This document shows positions 1 through 10,041 of a stretch of 64,000 bases of DNA, piece after piece; position 1 is the stretch's first letter, and each line of letters starts with the position of its first letter. Source of the stretch: Candidatus Cloacimonadota bacterium (GTDB taxonomy: Bacteria > Cloacimonadota > Cloacimonadia > JGIOTU-2); the NCBI GenBank assembly GCA_049903315.1, contig JBNGBT010000001.1, positions 288,001-352,000 on the forward strand. The letters run 5' to 3'. Under the pieces are notes generated by a model, which saw only the letters and a program-made list of their open reading frames with translations, was not told the DNA's origin and searched no databases. Made by a program: the position numbers and the translations under genes.

Positions 1-3000
1 TGTATGGTCCAATGTCTTCGCTGAGATAGTCATTATGCCGCTGAAGAACTGGCAGATCGGGATTTTCAATGATCCGCCGCTCACATGTAAGGTAATACTG
101 GCGTAGTGTTTGCGGAAATGAGGTAGAAATACGCTGTTCTTTTTTGATGTCCATACCTTCTAGAAGGATCGATGGATTAAGCGTATCACCAGTTATATTA
201 TGACACGGATACGAAAAATAAATCTGTTGGTTTTTACGAATCCAACCATTTAAGAGGAGGGCACTTTTATGCCATTCGTAATGAGGGATTGATTTTGTGA
301 GGGGATTTTTCTTCGGAGGAACTGGGAAATAATTTTCTGCAAGCCCTGCAACGAAAAGTACTTTTGCTGTTGAGTTATACGATTCAAGATAGCTGATCAC
401 CTCGACACCTACACCATTTATTGTTCTGGGTAGATTTGAATCTTTGAACTGTTTTTTCAATTCACGCAGGACTTCATCATTCTTGGATGGAAATCCGATT
501 ACTGAGTATGTATCAAGCGTACGATTGATAATCCTTTGAATACATGAAAAAACAGATGCCAATTTCTCGTCTATCTCGATCAACTGAACGATGCTATGTG
601 CTTGGAAGAAACTCTCAACCTTATTCCACAGATTAGATAGATCTTCTGATCCGGGTAATAATCTCATCATTGCAATTGCTTCGATGACAGAGTGGATGGT
701 CTCTCTATATGCTCCAATACCTTGAATTTCAACAACGTCACTAAAGTAGGTGACAGGATTACTTCGTATAAATGCATCAAGTTTGCACAAGTCGTCATTC
801 GATTGTATAAGCGGATGCAACAGCACGGATGAAAGAGTCTGCCATGTAAGATGTTCGGACGAGAGAATGATAGTTAACAGTCCGATTATAAAGTTCGTCA
901 GAGGTTGATCAATGAGAGGAATTGGTGCAAAAATCCTATAGGGAATTCCATAAGCAGAAAAAACCTTTTCGATCACCGGTATATACACGTCTATGCTGGA
1001 AATTGCAAGCTGTATTTCAGAGAATTCAATATCCTTGTTCTTCAAATCAAGTATATGTCGGGCAATGCCGGCGATCTCGGTTTTGACAGAGTGGAATGCT
1101 GTACAATAGGTATCAGGGATTTTCTCAGGGATTATTTTCTGCCACACACCTTGAGAATATGGAAAATCTGAAATAAGCGTATTCTTTCCAAAGGAATCCA
1201 TGAAGAAGAAAGCTTTTACTGTTGTTGCGATTTTTCTGATAAGATCAAAATCACGCTCATAGTCCTTGAAGAAGCCATTTATGATAACGATACTATCGGA
1301 AAAATAATCATCTACAACATCAACCATGATTTGAGATTCATAAGCATAATGATATTGCTCTCGAAGACACTCAAAGCATTTGTATATCTCTTCAAACTCG
1401 ACTCGAGAAGATTTGAATGCTTTTTTCTGCTGAAAGTTCTCTTTAAATGCCTGTGCGAGAAGATCAATCGTTCCATCTGAAATTTCGTAATTCTCCGCAG
1501 CTTTTCTAACCAGCATCCTGCTTATCTCAGGAGTAATTTTTTTAAGAGCTGATCCATTCATACGATAAAGCCGCTTCAGTGTCGTGATCTCAATGTTTGG
1601 TGACAGCATCTTCATGGCTGCCAATGATCGAAGCATCTTTTTTGCATGATAGGTAGTCAGATTAATTACCGTCATCGGTTCATCATTGATCTTTTCTATG
1701 ATCTTCGATTCGATTGGAGTTGTCTGTAAATCTGATGGAGTAAAAGGATGTTTCTCTCCAGGAAATATCGCTGCCCAATAATCATCAGAAAAAGGTATTT
1801 CTCTTAATTCATTAAATGAGGAATAATAAATATATGCCTGTGCATCGATATCATATAATTGCTTTACCATCCAGAGGTAGGTCTGAAGCTGGAGAGTATA
1901 CTGCTCATGGAATTGCTTTGTCCGGTCTGTTTTAAAATCTACGACCTTCCACGCATCACCATCATGATAAAGCAGATCGATAATACCATTCACTTCAAGG
2001 AATAATTCTCTATTGTCCATCCATCCGGAGATCGGATGCTCATGAAAAAGATTTTTGGGATCAATTTGTTCCAGCTTTGAAAATAGTGCTGATGAAGTAA
2101 AATTTCCGAGATGTTTTTTGAGTCGGGATTTTATATCATCAAATGATAGTAGGGGGAATTTATTCTTAACAAATTCTTCTATCTGAGATATATTTTCATT
2201 CCATTTCCACCAGCGATTTTCAATTATTGCATGGAAAATCGAACCAAATGCCTGTCCGATCTCATTTTTTTCTCCATCAGCTTCGTGATCCTGAGGATTC
2301 ACTACATTAACACTGCTCATAATATCATGCGGTGTAACTTGTTGAAATGTATTTTTGGGCTGGACAATTTTGGGTGGATCCCAGGTTTTGGGTTTCTCCT
2401 TTTCATGTATCTCGCGAGTAAGACGTTCATTAAGCACATCAATACTCATCGTAGAAATGTTGAAATGCGGCGGAACGATATAATCACCATTCTCTATCTC
2501 TTCAACTGATTTCGGCAGGTTCATAGGTTGCATTACAAAGGTATTCCACCAGGAATTTTTGCCGAGATTTCCAATATATTCTGCCAGAAGTGCCACGCGA
2601 TATTTTGCACGGGTAACGGCCACGTAGAACATACGCTTGTCCTCGGCTTCCTGCTCGATTCTGTCTTGCTTCTTTATGATCTCAAGAAAATTAGACTTTT
2701 TGGATTCGATCTGTTCTTTGATAGAAATCCCAACTTCGATCATGCCATCCTGAGCAATGCGGCTGTGAAATATGTTCCCTTTCTCTGTTTGAGTTTTGGT
2801 GTCTTTGAGTTCCGGTATAATCACTGCAGGGAATTCCAGTCCCTTTGCTTTATGGATCGTCATTATATGGACTTTTGCAGGTTCCGGAATGTCTGCCTGG
2901 GCGATCTCACTCTTATAACGTATCTGGTATGCGAGGTAGTCATGCAATTCTTGTAAGCTCGAACCTTCGAGCTCAAGTCTGGAAACAAGATGCATGAGTT

Positions 3001-5167
3001 TGTCTATATTCGCAAGACGTTGCTTTCCACCTACTTCACTCATATACCCAAGTTCTCTGTGAGCTTCTGAGAGCACTGTATGCAGCAATTCATTAACCGG
3101 AAGGTTCCGCGAAAGTTGTCGCCATTGCCGTATGGTTTGAACAATCCAATTATAAGAATCCACTCGAGACATATAACCGAAGATCGATTCCTTCTCTTTT
3201 TTTAAGCTTCTATTCTTGAAATTATTGATCAGAGTGTCCCGTACTGAGAAGAAGGGGCTACGCAGAAGCCCGGTCAATGCAGTATCGTCGTGGGGATTGA
3301 TCAACACGCTGATGAAATGGAACAAGTCGTAGGCTTCCTGCTGGTTGAACAGATTTCTTTCACCGATGATCTGGAAGGGAATATCCTGCTCTTGAAAAGC
3401 ACGCAAGTACTCATGTATATGAATAAAGTTCCTGAGCAAAACACCTACATGAACCTCTTCATCGATGTGCTGTTCCTCAGCCCATTGAAGGTATTTCTGT
3501 GCCATTAACGCGGCATGTCGGGCTGGAGTATAATCCTTTGAATTCGGATTATTCTCCACGATACTGATTTCACACACAGTTTCTGAACAGACCCCCGCTT
3601 TAGTCCTATTTTCTGGGAAAGTGGTCTCTTCAAAGGATGCTTCGAAGGAATATTCCGGTTGTGTAAAAATCTTACTGAACAATGGGTTGATCACATGGTC
3701 GATATATTTTTTCGAAGATCGGTAGTTATCATTAAAGGCGATCAGGGCACCATCAGTGACTTCTTCGAGTTCATTCTGGGCGACATTCATGACCTCAACA
3801 TCTGCCTGCTGGAAACGGTAGATTGACTGTTTTTTGTCGCCTACAATGAATAATCCCTTTTCGCGAAGGGTACCGTCAGTTTTCTTGGCAACATGTTTTA
3901 TGATTTCCCAGCGAAGATTGTTCGTGTCCTGGAATTCATCAACAAGAATATGTTTAAATTGATAGGAATATTTTTTTCTTACCTGTTCATGCTGCGAAAG
4001 TAATTCTCTTGTTTTGATGATAACGTCATTGAAAGTGAGGTAATTCTTCTTATTTTGAGTCCGCCAGAGAGCGCTTTCGAACTCATCATAAAGTGTTATC
4101 AGATCTTTAAAAACCTTGATGGAGTTGATGTCTTCATTTGAAGGGAAAAATAAAACCTTATCCTCGGGGATAAACTTTGAGAGCTTTTCTATAAGGGCAT
4201 TACCTGAATCTTTAAAACCGCTGTAAATGTCATTGTTGATAAAACTTTTCTTCGTTTGTATGTAGCGTGCATCCGAATAATATTCATTCTTTCCAGAGAG
4301 AAAATAGGGGAGCACTTCAGCCATGAAATACCGCCTTTGTTCGAGCTGAGAGTCCCCTGGAAAGAGTTCTATTTTTTCCCTAAGCTCTGCAAATGTATTT
4401 TTCTCACCATCTTTTACATATTCATGGTAAGAAGTGATATTACGCACTTCGGAAATAAGTAAATTAACATCAAATTCAGGCATGTAATTTGATAACCAGT
4501 GTTGATAAATATCATCTGGAGAAAGTCTTTCTATGAATTCCAGCCAGCTTTCAAGAAAGACTTTCTTTTTATTAAAGTAGTTGAAAAATTGAATGATGCC
4601 GTTTTTGTCAGTAAATTGTAGAATGTGTTTCAATTCAGGACGCAGCGCCTTGCTTTGCTGATTAAGAAAATCGTTAAGGGTTTCCCTGTAGAGTTTTTGG
4701 GCAAGCAGTTCATCCGAGGTTTTAAATTGTGGATCGATATTCAGCAGGTAAGCATTTTCTCTGAGTACGATTCCACAGAACGCATCTATGGTCATGATAT
4801 AGTTCTGTGAGAAGGTTGAGCGGAGCCAGTTCTTGTATTCTTCCGGAGCAGTGTGAATATGTTCTCCAAGAAAAACGCCCTGCTCTTTTAGCTCAGTGAT
4901 TTCTTCACCCTGCAGGAGCACATGAAGGTCTTGATAGATCCTCTTGGACATCTCTGCTGCAGCTTTGTTTGTGAAAGTGATTACAAGAATATTCTTGAAC
5001 CCGAGCCATTCGCTTTTAGGTTTTTTCAGATTGTGTTTGGTGAATTCGTCGATGATAGCGCAGTAGCGTTTGGAGAGCGCATAGGTCTTTCCTGCGCCTG
5101 CACATGCAGACACGATTTTATTTGTTGAGAGATCCAGTGCTCTTTGTAAAGGTGTTGTTTCTGCCAT
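1..5167 (-). CDS. addA: AddA-type UvrD/SF1 helicase-RecB nuclease fused in frame to an AddB-like region (3' end beyond window, at least 1722 aa)
   Basis: Manual translation from ATG at 5167: Walker A ACAGAGKT, LVDEFQDTN, FIVGDKKQSIYRF, MTIHKAKGLEF, FYVAVTRA, nuclease GIIDLL..VVDFKTD..QLQTY (about 2000-1870). No stop from 1860 to 1, with AddB-like motifs (IARHIL..VFSAYGIPY, VLFVAGLAENYFP, IYFSYP). Absent from the ORF track, consistent with no stop in the window. Confidence 0.9.
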   Translation of the reverse strand, partial: MAETTPLQRALDLSTNKIVSACAGAGKTYALSKRYCAIIDEFTKHNLKKPKSEWLGFKNILVITFTNKAAAEMSKRIYQDLHVLLQGEEITELKEQGVFLGEHIHTAPEEYKNWLRSTFSQNYIMTIDAFCGIVLRENAYLLNIDPQFKTSDELLAQKLYRETLNDFLNQQSKALRPELKHILQFTDKNGIIQFFNYFNKKKVFLESWLEFIERLSPDDIYQHWLSNYMPEFDVNLLISEVRNITSYHEYVKDGEKNTFAELREKIELFPGDSQLEQRRYFMAEVLPYFLSGKNEYYSDARYIQTKKSFINNDIYSGFKDSGNALIEKLSKFIPEDKVLFFPSNEDINSIKVFKDLITLYDEFESALWRTQNKKNYLTFNDVIIKTRELLSQHEQVRKKYSYQFKHILVDEFQDTNNLRWEIIKHVAKKTDGTLREKGLFIVGDKKQSIYRFQQADVEVMNVAQNELEEVTDGALIAFNDNYRSSKKYIDHVINPLFSKIFTQPEYSFEASFEETTFPENRTKAGVCSETVCEISIVENNPNSKDYTPARHAALMAQKYLQWAEEQHIDEEVHVGVLLRNFIHIHEYLRAFQEQDIPFQIIGERNLFNQQEAYDLFHFISVLINPHDDTALTGLLRSPFFSVRDTLINNFKNRSLKKEKESIFGYMSRVDSYNWIVQTIRQWRQLSRNLPVNELLHTVLSEAHRELGYMSEVGGKQRLANIDKLMHLVSRLELEGSSLQELHDYLAYQIRYKSEIAQADIPEPAKVHIMTIHKAKGLEFPAVIIPELKDTKTQTEKGNIFHSRIAQDGMIEVGISIKEQIESKKSNFLEIIKKQDRIEQEAEDKRMFYVAVTRAKYRVALLAEYIGNLGKNSWWNTFVMQPMNLPKSVEEIENGDYIVPPHFNISTMSIDVLNERLTREIHEKEKPKTWDPPKIVQPKNTFQQVTPHDIMSSVNVVNPQDHEADGEKNEIGQAFGSIFHAIIENRWWKWNENISQIEEFVKNKFPLLSFDDIKSRLKKHLGNFTSSALFSKLEQIDPKNLFHEHPISGWMDNRELFLEVNGIIDLLYHDGDAWKVVDFKTDRTKQFHEQYTLQLQTYLWMVKQLYDIDAQAYIYYSSFNELREIPFSDDYWAAIFPGEKHPFTPSDLQTTPIESKIIEKINDEPMTVINLTTYHAKKMLRSLAAMKMLSPNIEITTLKRLYRMNGSALKKITPEISRMLVRKAAENYEISDGTIDLLAQAFKENFQQKKAFKSSRVEFEEIYKCFECLREQYHYAYESQIMVDVVDDYFSDSIVIINGFFKDYERDFDLIRKIATTVKAFFFMDSFGKNTLISDFPYSQGVWQKIIPEKIPDTYCTAFHSVKTEIAGIARHILDLKNKDIEFSEIQLAISSIDVYIPVIEKVFSAYGIPYRIFAPIPLIDQPLTNFIIGLLTIILSSEHLTWQTLSSVLLHPLIQSNDDLCKLDAFIRSNPVTYFSDVVEIQGIGAYRETIHSVIEAIAMMRLLPGSEDLSNLWNKVESFFQAHSIVQLIEIDEKLASVFSCIQRIINRTLDTYSVIGFPSKNDEVLRELKKQFKDSNLPRTINGVGVEVISYLESYNSTAKVLFVAGLAENYFPVPPKKNPLTKSIPHYEWHKSALLLNGWIRKNQQIYFSYPCHNITGDTLNPSILLEGMDIKKEQRISTSFPQTLRQYYLTCERRIIENPDLPVLQRHNDYLSEDIGPY

Positions 5168-5241
5168 GTATCTGCTCGCCTGCCTATTGATATATGAAGC
5201 TAAAAAGAGAGAAAAATCTTGGCAATGTTTTTGTGAAAAAG

Positions 5242-5269
5242 TTGACAACATTGTTGTATTTTTTGTCAA
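5242..5269. promoter_or_regulatory. TTGACA-N16-TGTCAA inverted pair between divergent genes (overlapping -35 elements or operator)
   Basis: gTTGACAacattgttgtatttttTGTCAAt in the addA/CDF spacer. Confidence 0.4.
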
Positions 5270-5479
5270 TAATATGCCGATGTATGTAATGTAGAATGAA
5301 TATGGATCTTATAACGTTTTTTACGTGTGAATACCTAGTAATGCAATTTTCATTCTTAATTGATTCACAGATTCAGAAAACGCAAGGACTATAATTTGCT
5401 TTAAGTCTTTTATGCGAAAAGTAATTTTTCAATAGGAACGGTTTTACAAAATGAACCCAACGATGGAAAACATACTCAC

Positions 5480-6412
5480 ATGAGTTTACCAATCCCAGAT
5501 CAAGATATTTTACGCAAGCAAGAGCGGGTAGTCCTGCTTACTTTGTTGCTGTCAATGTCTTCCTTCATTCCGATCCTGGTGGTAGCACTGCTCTCGGGTT
5601 CCATGCTGTTACTGAGCGATATGCTCGACTACGGGCGTGTTATCATTAGTAGTCTTCTTGGCTGGCGTATTCTACGGGCAGTTCGCACAGGTCGAATGAA
5701 CGGCTTCGATTATGGAACCGGTAAACTTCAAACTTTGGGTGGTATGTTAGGAGCGACGCTTTATGTGGCAGTTTTGATGATCATGGCAGGCATATCCATC
5801 CGCCACCTGTTTCGCCCGATCCCACTGGTTCAATCATTCACTATTCTGGGAGCCTTGTTTCAACTCGGGGGATTTGCTGTAAGTACCTGGTTATGGGTAC
5901 GCAAACGCAAACTCGCACGAGCGGTATTTTCCCCGGTCATGGAAATGCAATGGCGGGCATCTCGTGCTGGTGCCCTGATGTGTCTGGCGGTTTTTCTGGG
6001 CCTGACCACCACACTGTTGTTACAAAAATATACATGGTCAGTCTATCTTGATCCGTTGTTCGCTCTGGTTTTTATTATATATACAGGAGTATCCTTTCTG
6101 CCAATACTATCAGATGGGATCAATGACTTGCTCGACAAAACCTTGCAGGAGGATCTGCAATTAAAAATTGATCTTCATCTGGCGAAGAATTTTGACGATT
6201 ACTCCGGATTCCATGGTGTTCGCTCCCGTCGTTCGGGTGGAAGGATTTTTATTGAAATCGCATTGAGTTTTCAGCACGATCAACCGGTTGGCAAAGCAGT
6301 AGAAACAATAGATCGTCTATGTCGCGGCATCGAGTCCGATATCCCCGGCAGCCAGGTACACGTAGCATTGTTCCCGATGGAGGAATCTTCCCAAAATGAA
6401 AGAAGCGAATAA
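5480..6412 (+). CDS. Cation diffusion facilitator (CDF) family transporter, atypical metal-site motifs
   Basis: About 6 TM segments, GFDYGTGKLQ, YLDP, NDLLD, C-terminal VRSRRSGGRIFIEIAL dimerisation domain. Confidence 0.8.
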   Translation: MSLPIPDQDILRKQERVVLLTLLLSMSSFIPILVVALLSGSMLLLSDMLDYGRVIISSLLGWRILRAVRTGRMNGFDYGTGKLQTLGGMLGATLYVAVLMIMAGISIRHLFRPIPLVQSFTILGALFQLGGFAVSTWLWVRKRKLARAVFSPVMEMQWRASRAGALMCLAVFLGLTTTLLLQKYTWSVYLDPLFALVFIIYTGVSFLPILSDGINDLLDKTLQEDLQLKIDLHLAKNFDDYSGFHGVRSRRSGGRIFIEIALSFQHDQPVGKAVETIDRLCRGIESDIPGSQVHVALFPMEESSQNERSE

Positions 6413-6445
6413 AAAAACTGAGATCTCAAACCAAATTACGAAAAA

Positions 6446-7063
6446 ATGATGAGCCTTTTTGTCTTTGAAGCTATCTCAGAAAAGCATCTTGATATTGCTG
6501 CAAGATGTCATCATGATTGGTATGTCCAAGCAGGATATATTACCCAATATCCCAACGGAAAATATCAAGATGAATGGTCTATGCATTCGAAATATTTCCT
6601 GGTTACGGAATCAGGCAATGGAAATAATCTGATGAAAAAGGATGTGATTGGACTTGTTCGATTGATACTTTCGGCACCATTTCCGATCAATGTACACTTT
6701 GAACTGTGGGAACAAGTATGTTCTGAAATCCAAAATATACCGCTGGAAAATCAATGTGAAGTTACTGCATTTTGTTGGGCGCCCAAATGTAGGACAAAAG
6801 CTTTCCCTTATCTCTTACGCGCTATAAGACAATGCACGAAAACGTTGAATAAGTCCTTTGTTTGGGCTTGCCTGGACAAGAGATTAATCCCGATTTTAAA
6901 ATATTATATGATTCCAGTTCACATCTGTGGTGAAACCAGGTTTTATATGGGTTCTGATACTATCCCGCTTCTCACGAAACCATCTGAAATAGTAATATCG
7001 CTTTCAGAAAAAAATCAAGAGCTTTATAAGATAATTGAAAAAGAATTGGACACACTAAAATGA
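6446..7063 (+). CDS. GNAT-fold N-acyl amino acid synthase (FeeM/LuxI-like) family protein
   Basis: WYVQAGYI, DEW..HSKYFLV, IGLVRLI..PFPI, CEVTAFC, GETRFYMGSDTIP. Confidence 0.55.
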   Translation: MMSLFVFEAISEKHLDIAARCHHDWYVQAGYITQYPNGKYQDEWSMHSKYFLVTESGNGNNLMKKDVIGLVRLILSAPFPINVHFELWEQVCSEIQNIPLENQCEVTAFCWAPKCRTKAFPYLLRAIRQCTKTLNKSFVWACLDKRLIPILKYYMIPVHICGETRFYMGSDTIPLLTKPSEIVISLSEKNQELYKIIEKELDTLK

Positions 7064-7159
7064 ATCAGGATGCATGCAAATTTTAGGCAATGATTTGTGA
7101 AATTATTGACAGCAATAAATTATGAATAATAGAAATTTCAGTTTCAAAAAAATATTAAT

Positions 7160-7630
7160 ATGAAAAAAATCACATTCAAACAAATCGGCATAATCTATTC
7201 ACCCTTTGAAACAAAGGATGATTGCCCGATCCAGAGTGTCTATAGTTCTGATACCAGGGGAACGGTTGAGGTGTACGAACAATTTGCAGAAGGATTGAAA
7301 GATATCGAATCTTTTAGCCATATCATTCTTTTATATGAATTCGACAGGGCTGGTGAAGTTGTGCTTGTACGGCAACCTTTCCTCGATGATGAATCATATG
7401 GAATTTTTGCTTCCAGACATCCCTGCCGTCCAAATGGAATTGCACTATCCGTTGTGAAACTCGTACAACGGGATGGGAATGTGCTCCATGTTCAAGGAAT
7501 TGACGTACTCGATGAAACCCCGCTTATCGATATCAAACCATACTCTCCGAAATTTGATTGTTTCCCGGAAGCGTCTAATGGGTGGCTTGAATCAACATCA
7601 TGGCGGGAAAAACCCGAAGGTCGAGAGTGA
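7160..7630 (+). CDS. tsaA: tRNA m6t6A37 methyltransferase TrmO (TsaA) family
   Basis: IGIIYSPF, GIFASRHPCRPNGIALSVV, GIDVLDETPLIDIKPY. Confidence 0.92.
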   Translation: MKKITFKQIGIIYSPFETKDDCPIQSVYSSDTRGTVEVYEQFAEGLKDIESFSHIILLYEFDRAGEVVLVRQPFLDDESYGIFASRHPCRPNGIALSVVKLVQRDGNVLHVQGIDVLDETPLIDIKPYSPKFDCFPEASNGWLESTSWREKPEGRE

Positions 7631-7647
7631 TAAGAAAAGGGAGTAAA

Positions 7648-8214
7648 ATGTATTTAAAAAGAAAATATTGTAATGTTGTTTTTTCATTTATCAGTCTTTG
7701 CTTTTTCCTGTTAATAATATTTGGATGCACAGCAAAGACGGAAGGAGGTAAAGATATGGCTATGATACTTACAAGTACTGCTTTTACAGAAGGGAGTATG
7801 ATACCCGGAGATTATGGTTGTAAAGGGAGAAATATTTCACCTCCTCTGGCATGGACAGGCACTCCGGAAGGAACGAAGAGCTTCGCACTAATCTGTAACG
7901 ATCCCGATGCTTCTGCGGGTGATTGGGTACATTGGGTAATATACAATATCCCAGCAACTATTCATGAACTCAAAGAAAATATTCCCACTGATAAAATTCT
8001 GGAGAATGGTGCAGTACAGGGCATCAATGATTTTCGAAAATATGGCTATGGAGGACCTTGCCCTCCCAGTAGTGTTCATCGCTATTTTTTTAGGATTTAT
8101 GCATTGGACACAGAACTTACCTCAGGGCCTGGGCTTACAAAAAAAGAACTACTTAAGGCAATGAAAGGTCATGTGCTCGGACAAGGACAACTTATGGGAA
8201 AGTATAGTCGTTAA
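7648..8214 (+). CDS. YbhB/YbcL (PEBP/Raf kinase inhibitor-like) protein with lipoprotein signal
   Basis: NISPPLAW, NDPDA..GDWVHWV, YGGPCPP..HRYFFRIYALD; RBS GGGAG before ATG 7648; IFGC lipobox-like. Confidence 0.9.
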   Translation: MYLKRKYCNVVFSFISLCFFLLIIFGCTAKTEGGKDMAMILTSTAFTEGSMIPGDYGCKGRNISPPLAWTGTPEGTKSFALICNDPDASAGDWVHWVIYNIPATIHELKENIPTDKILENGAVQGINDFRKYGYGGPCPPSSVHRYFFRIYALDTELTSGPGLTKKELLKAMKGHVLGQGQLMGKYSR

Positions 8215-8328
8215 GCATTCGAGCTATATATAAATAATTTGACAGAGCAACAACGTACTGATAATGAATTTTATTCATATTATACATGCTATCAAATTTT
8301 AACTGGAGAATTACATGAAGGTAATTAA

Positions 8329-8838
8329 TTGCTCATGTTCAAGAGTTTTGTTTCAATTATCCTACTAGTGTACATGTCGATTTTAATGACTTCTTGTTCC
8401 AAAAAAACTGGAAATGATTCAACAGATTCGACCTTTTACACAGTTAATGTAGCCTATAATGCAACATCCCCGGACGTCTGTACTTATTATGGTGCAGGTG
8501 AAGCTACTTTTTACGATTACGGGGATCATGGAAAGATAGAAGGTTCTGTGACCGTTGGCGGGGCTACATTTGATGCTGAATTTGAAGGGACTATTACAGG
8601 AAATTCCTTCACTGTTACGACCACCACTTTTCAGGTCCAATACGAATTCAATGGAGTAATCTATACAGAAACTATCACAATAGACTTCAATGCTTTCAGT
8701 ATCCTAGGGGATGAGGTAACTGCCACTGGAGATTACGTCACAGTGACAACTCCAGGAAATACGACTGAATCGGGTACAGTTACATTCGTTGCAACAAAAA
8801 CAATAGATCTCGAAAGTAATTCTATAACGGATTTGTAG
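8329..8838 (+). CDS. Hypothetical lipoprotein, beta-rich
   Basis: Hydrophobic N-terminus ending MTSC; Thr/Gly-rich beta-strand pattern. Confidence 0.7.
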   Translation: MLMFKSFVSIILLVYMSILMTSCSKKTGNDSTDSTFYTVNVAYNATSPDVCTYYGAGEATFYDYGDHGKIEGSVTVGGATFDAEFEGTITGNSFTVTTTTFQVQYEFNGVIYTETITIDFNAFSILGDEVTATGDYVTVTTPGNTTESGTVTFVATKTIDLESNSITDL

Positions 8839-8939
8839 AAGCTTATAAACATCAGGTTTGGCGTGGCTATGTTGTAAGTATGGATCTTTGTTAATAATAG
8901 AAAAATTGACACATAAGCAAACCAAAATACGTTCATTTT

Positions 8940-9671
8940 ATGATAGCTTTGCGTAACAACTTGATAGTAATATTATGTTTATTATTTATGATTTCGATGC
9001 AAAGGAATCTTATGGCAGAACAAAAATGGTATAAACCAGTAAATCTTGGGTGTCACTATTTGAATTTTATAGCTGAGGAAAACATTTCTTCTGAAGATGT
9101 TGCACGGTATTTTCATTCTAAAGGGGATCATATTCTAACCCCGATGTTTGAACAGGAACTTAACAGTCTGGTTGAGGAGTGGAGAAAGCATGATGATGGC
9201 AGTATTTCCCCTGAGTTTCAAAATGATCCGTACTTTATCCCAAACAATGAATATTTGGTTGAGTATGCTATCGGAGGATTTTCCGAGGATTCTGTGAATG
9301 TCATGTTTTTCTTCAGGTACGGTGCTTCTCGCTGGCATCATTACAATGCACTTCTCAAAAATCTCATAATACCTCGGAGTAGTGTAGTAGATAGTATTTT
9401 TAATATGATCTATTATGATGACCTTTACACTACAAGCTATAAAGGGATCGGCTACGGTTCTTCTGAATCGAACATGGAAACAGCACTGGGAACGGGCTAC
9501 TATGAATATATCGGGCAGAGTATTCAACTGAAGAATGTCTTCTATAAACAGGAAAATATGGAGATTTGCCTTCAAGATGGAATAGTGAAATACGTCAAAG
9601 AAGGCAGACCTTCTTGGATGGAATCTGAAAATATTCAGAAGCACAAAGAGAATGACTCGTCAAAAAAATAA
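8940..9671 (+). CDS. Hypothetical secreted protein
   Basis: 243-aa ORF with signal-peptide-like N-terminus. Confidence 0.65.
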   Translation: MIALRNNLIVILCLLFMISMQRNLMAEQKWYKPVNLGCHYLNFIAEENISSEDVARYFHSKGDHILTPMFEQELNSLVEEWRKHDDGSISPEFQNDPYFIPNNEYLVEYAIGGFSEDSVNVMFFFRYGASRWHHYNALLKNLIIPRSSVVDSIFNMIYYDDLYTTSYKGIGYGSSESNMETALGTGYYEYIGQSIQLKNVFYKQENMEICLQDGIVKYVKEGRPSWMESENIQKHKENDSSKK

Positions 9672-10041
9672 CAATACACACTGTCATCTGTTGGCAGATG
9701 AAAAAATTTCAAAAACGGATCTCCTCGATTCTCTCGATGTTGTGGAAGTGATTGAGCAGGATTCACATTTCACACGGAAAATCCTCAGGTGCAAAGAGTG
9801 TGGTCAACTCTTCCTATATCAATTTTATGAACAGGTTGATTGGGAAGGGGGTAATGATCCACAATATTACCTCTGGATTCCGGTTAAGAATATTCCTCAG
9901 GCAAAAAAACTCAACAAGAAATCTGCGCTTGAATTACGAACGTTACCAGGTATACGAATAGATTTTTCAAAAGAGATGACAAGACCGACAGAACCTTATT
10001 TATTTCCAAAAGATAAAACCAAACAGGATAACAACAAATGA
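9652..10041 (+). CDS. Hypothetical protein with CxxC (possible Zn-binding)
   Basis: HCHL...SHF..ILRCKECGQLF..DWEGGNDPQY; overlaps both neighbours. Confidence 0.7.
   Translation: MTRQKNNNTHCHLLADEKISKTDLLDSLDVVEVIEQDSHFTRKILRCKECGQLFLYQFYEQVDWEGGNDPQYYLWIPVKNIPQAKKLNKKSALELRTLPGIRIDFSKEMTRPTEPYLFPKDKTKQDNNK

Noticed and set aside
905..5128. Short plus-strand ORFs in the ORF track
   Set aside because: They are antisense shadows of the large minus-strand helicase-nuclease ORF.
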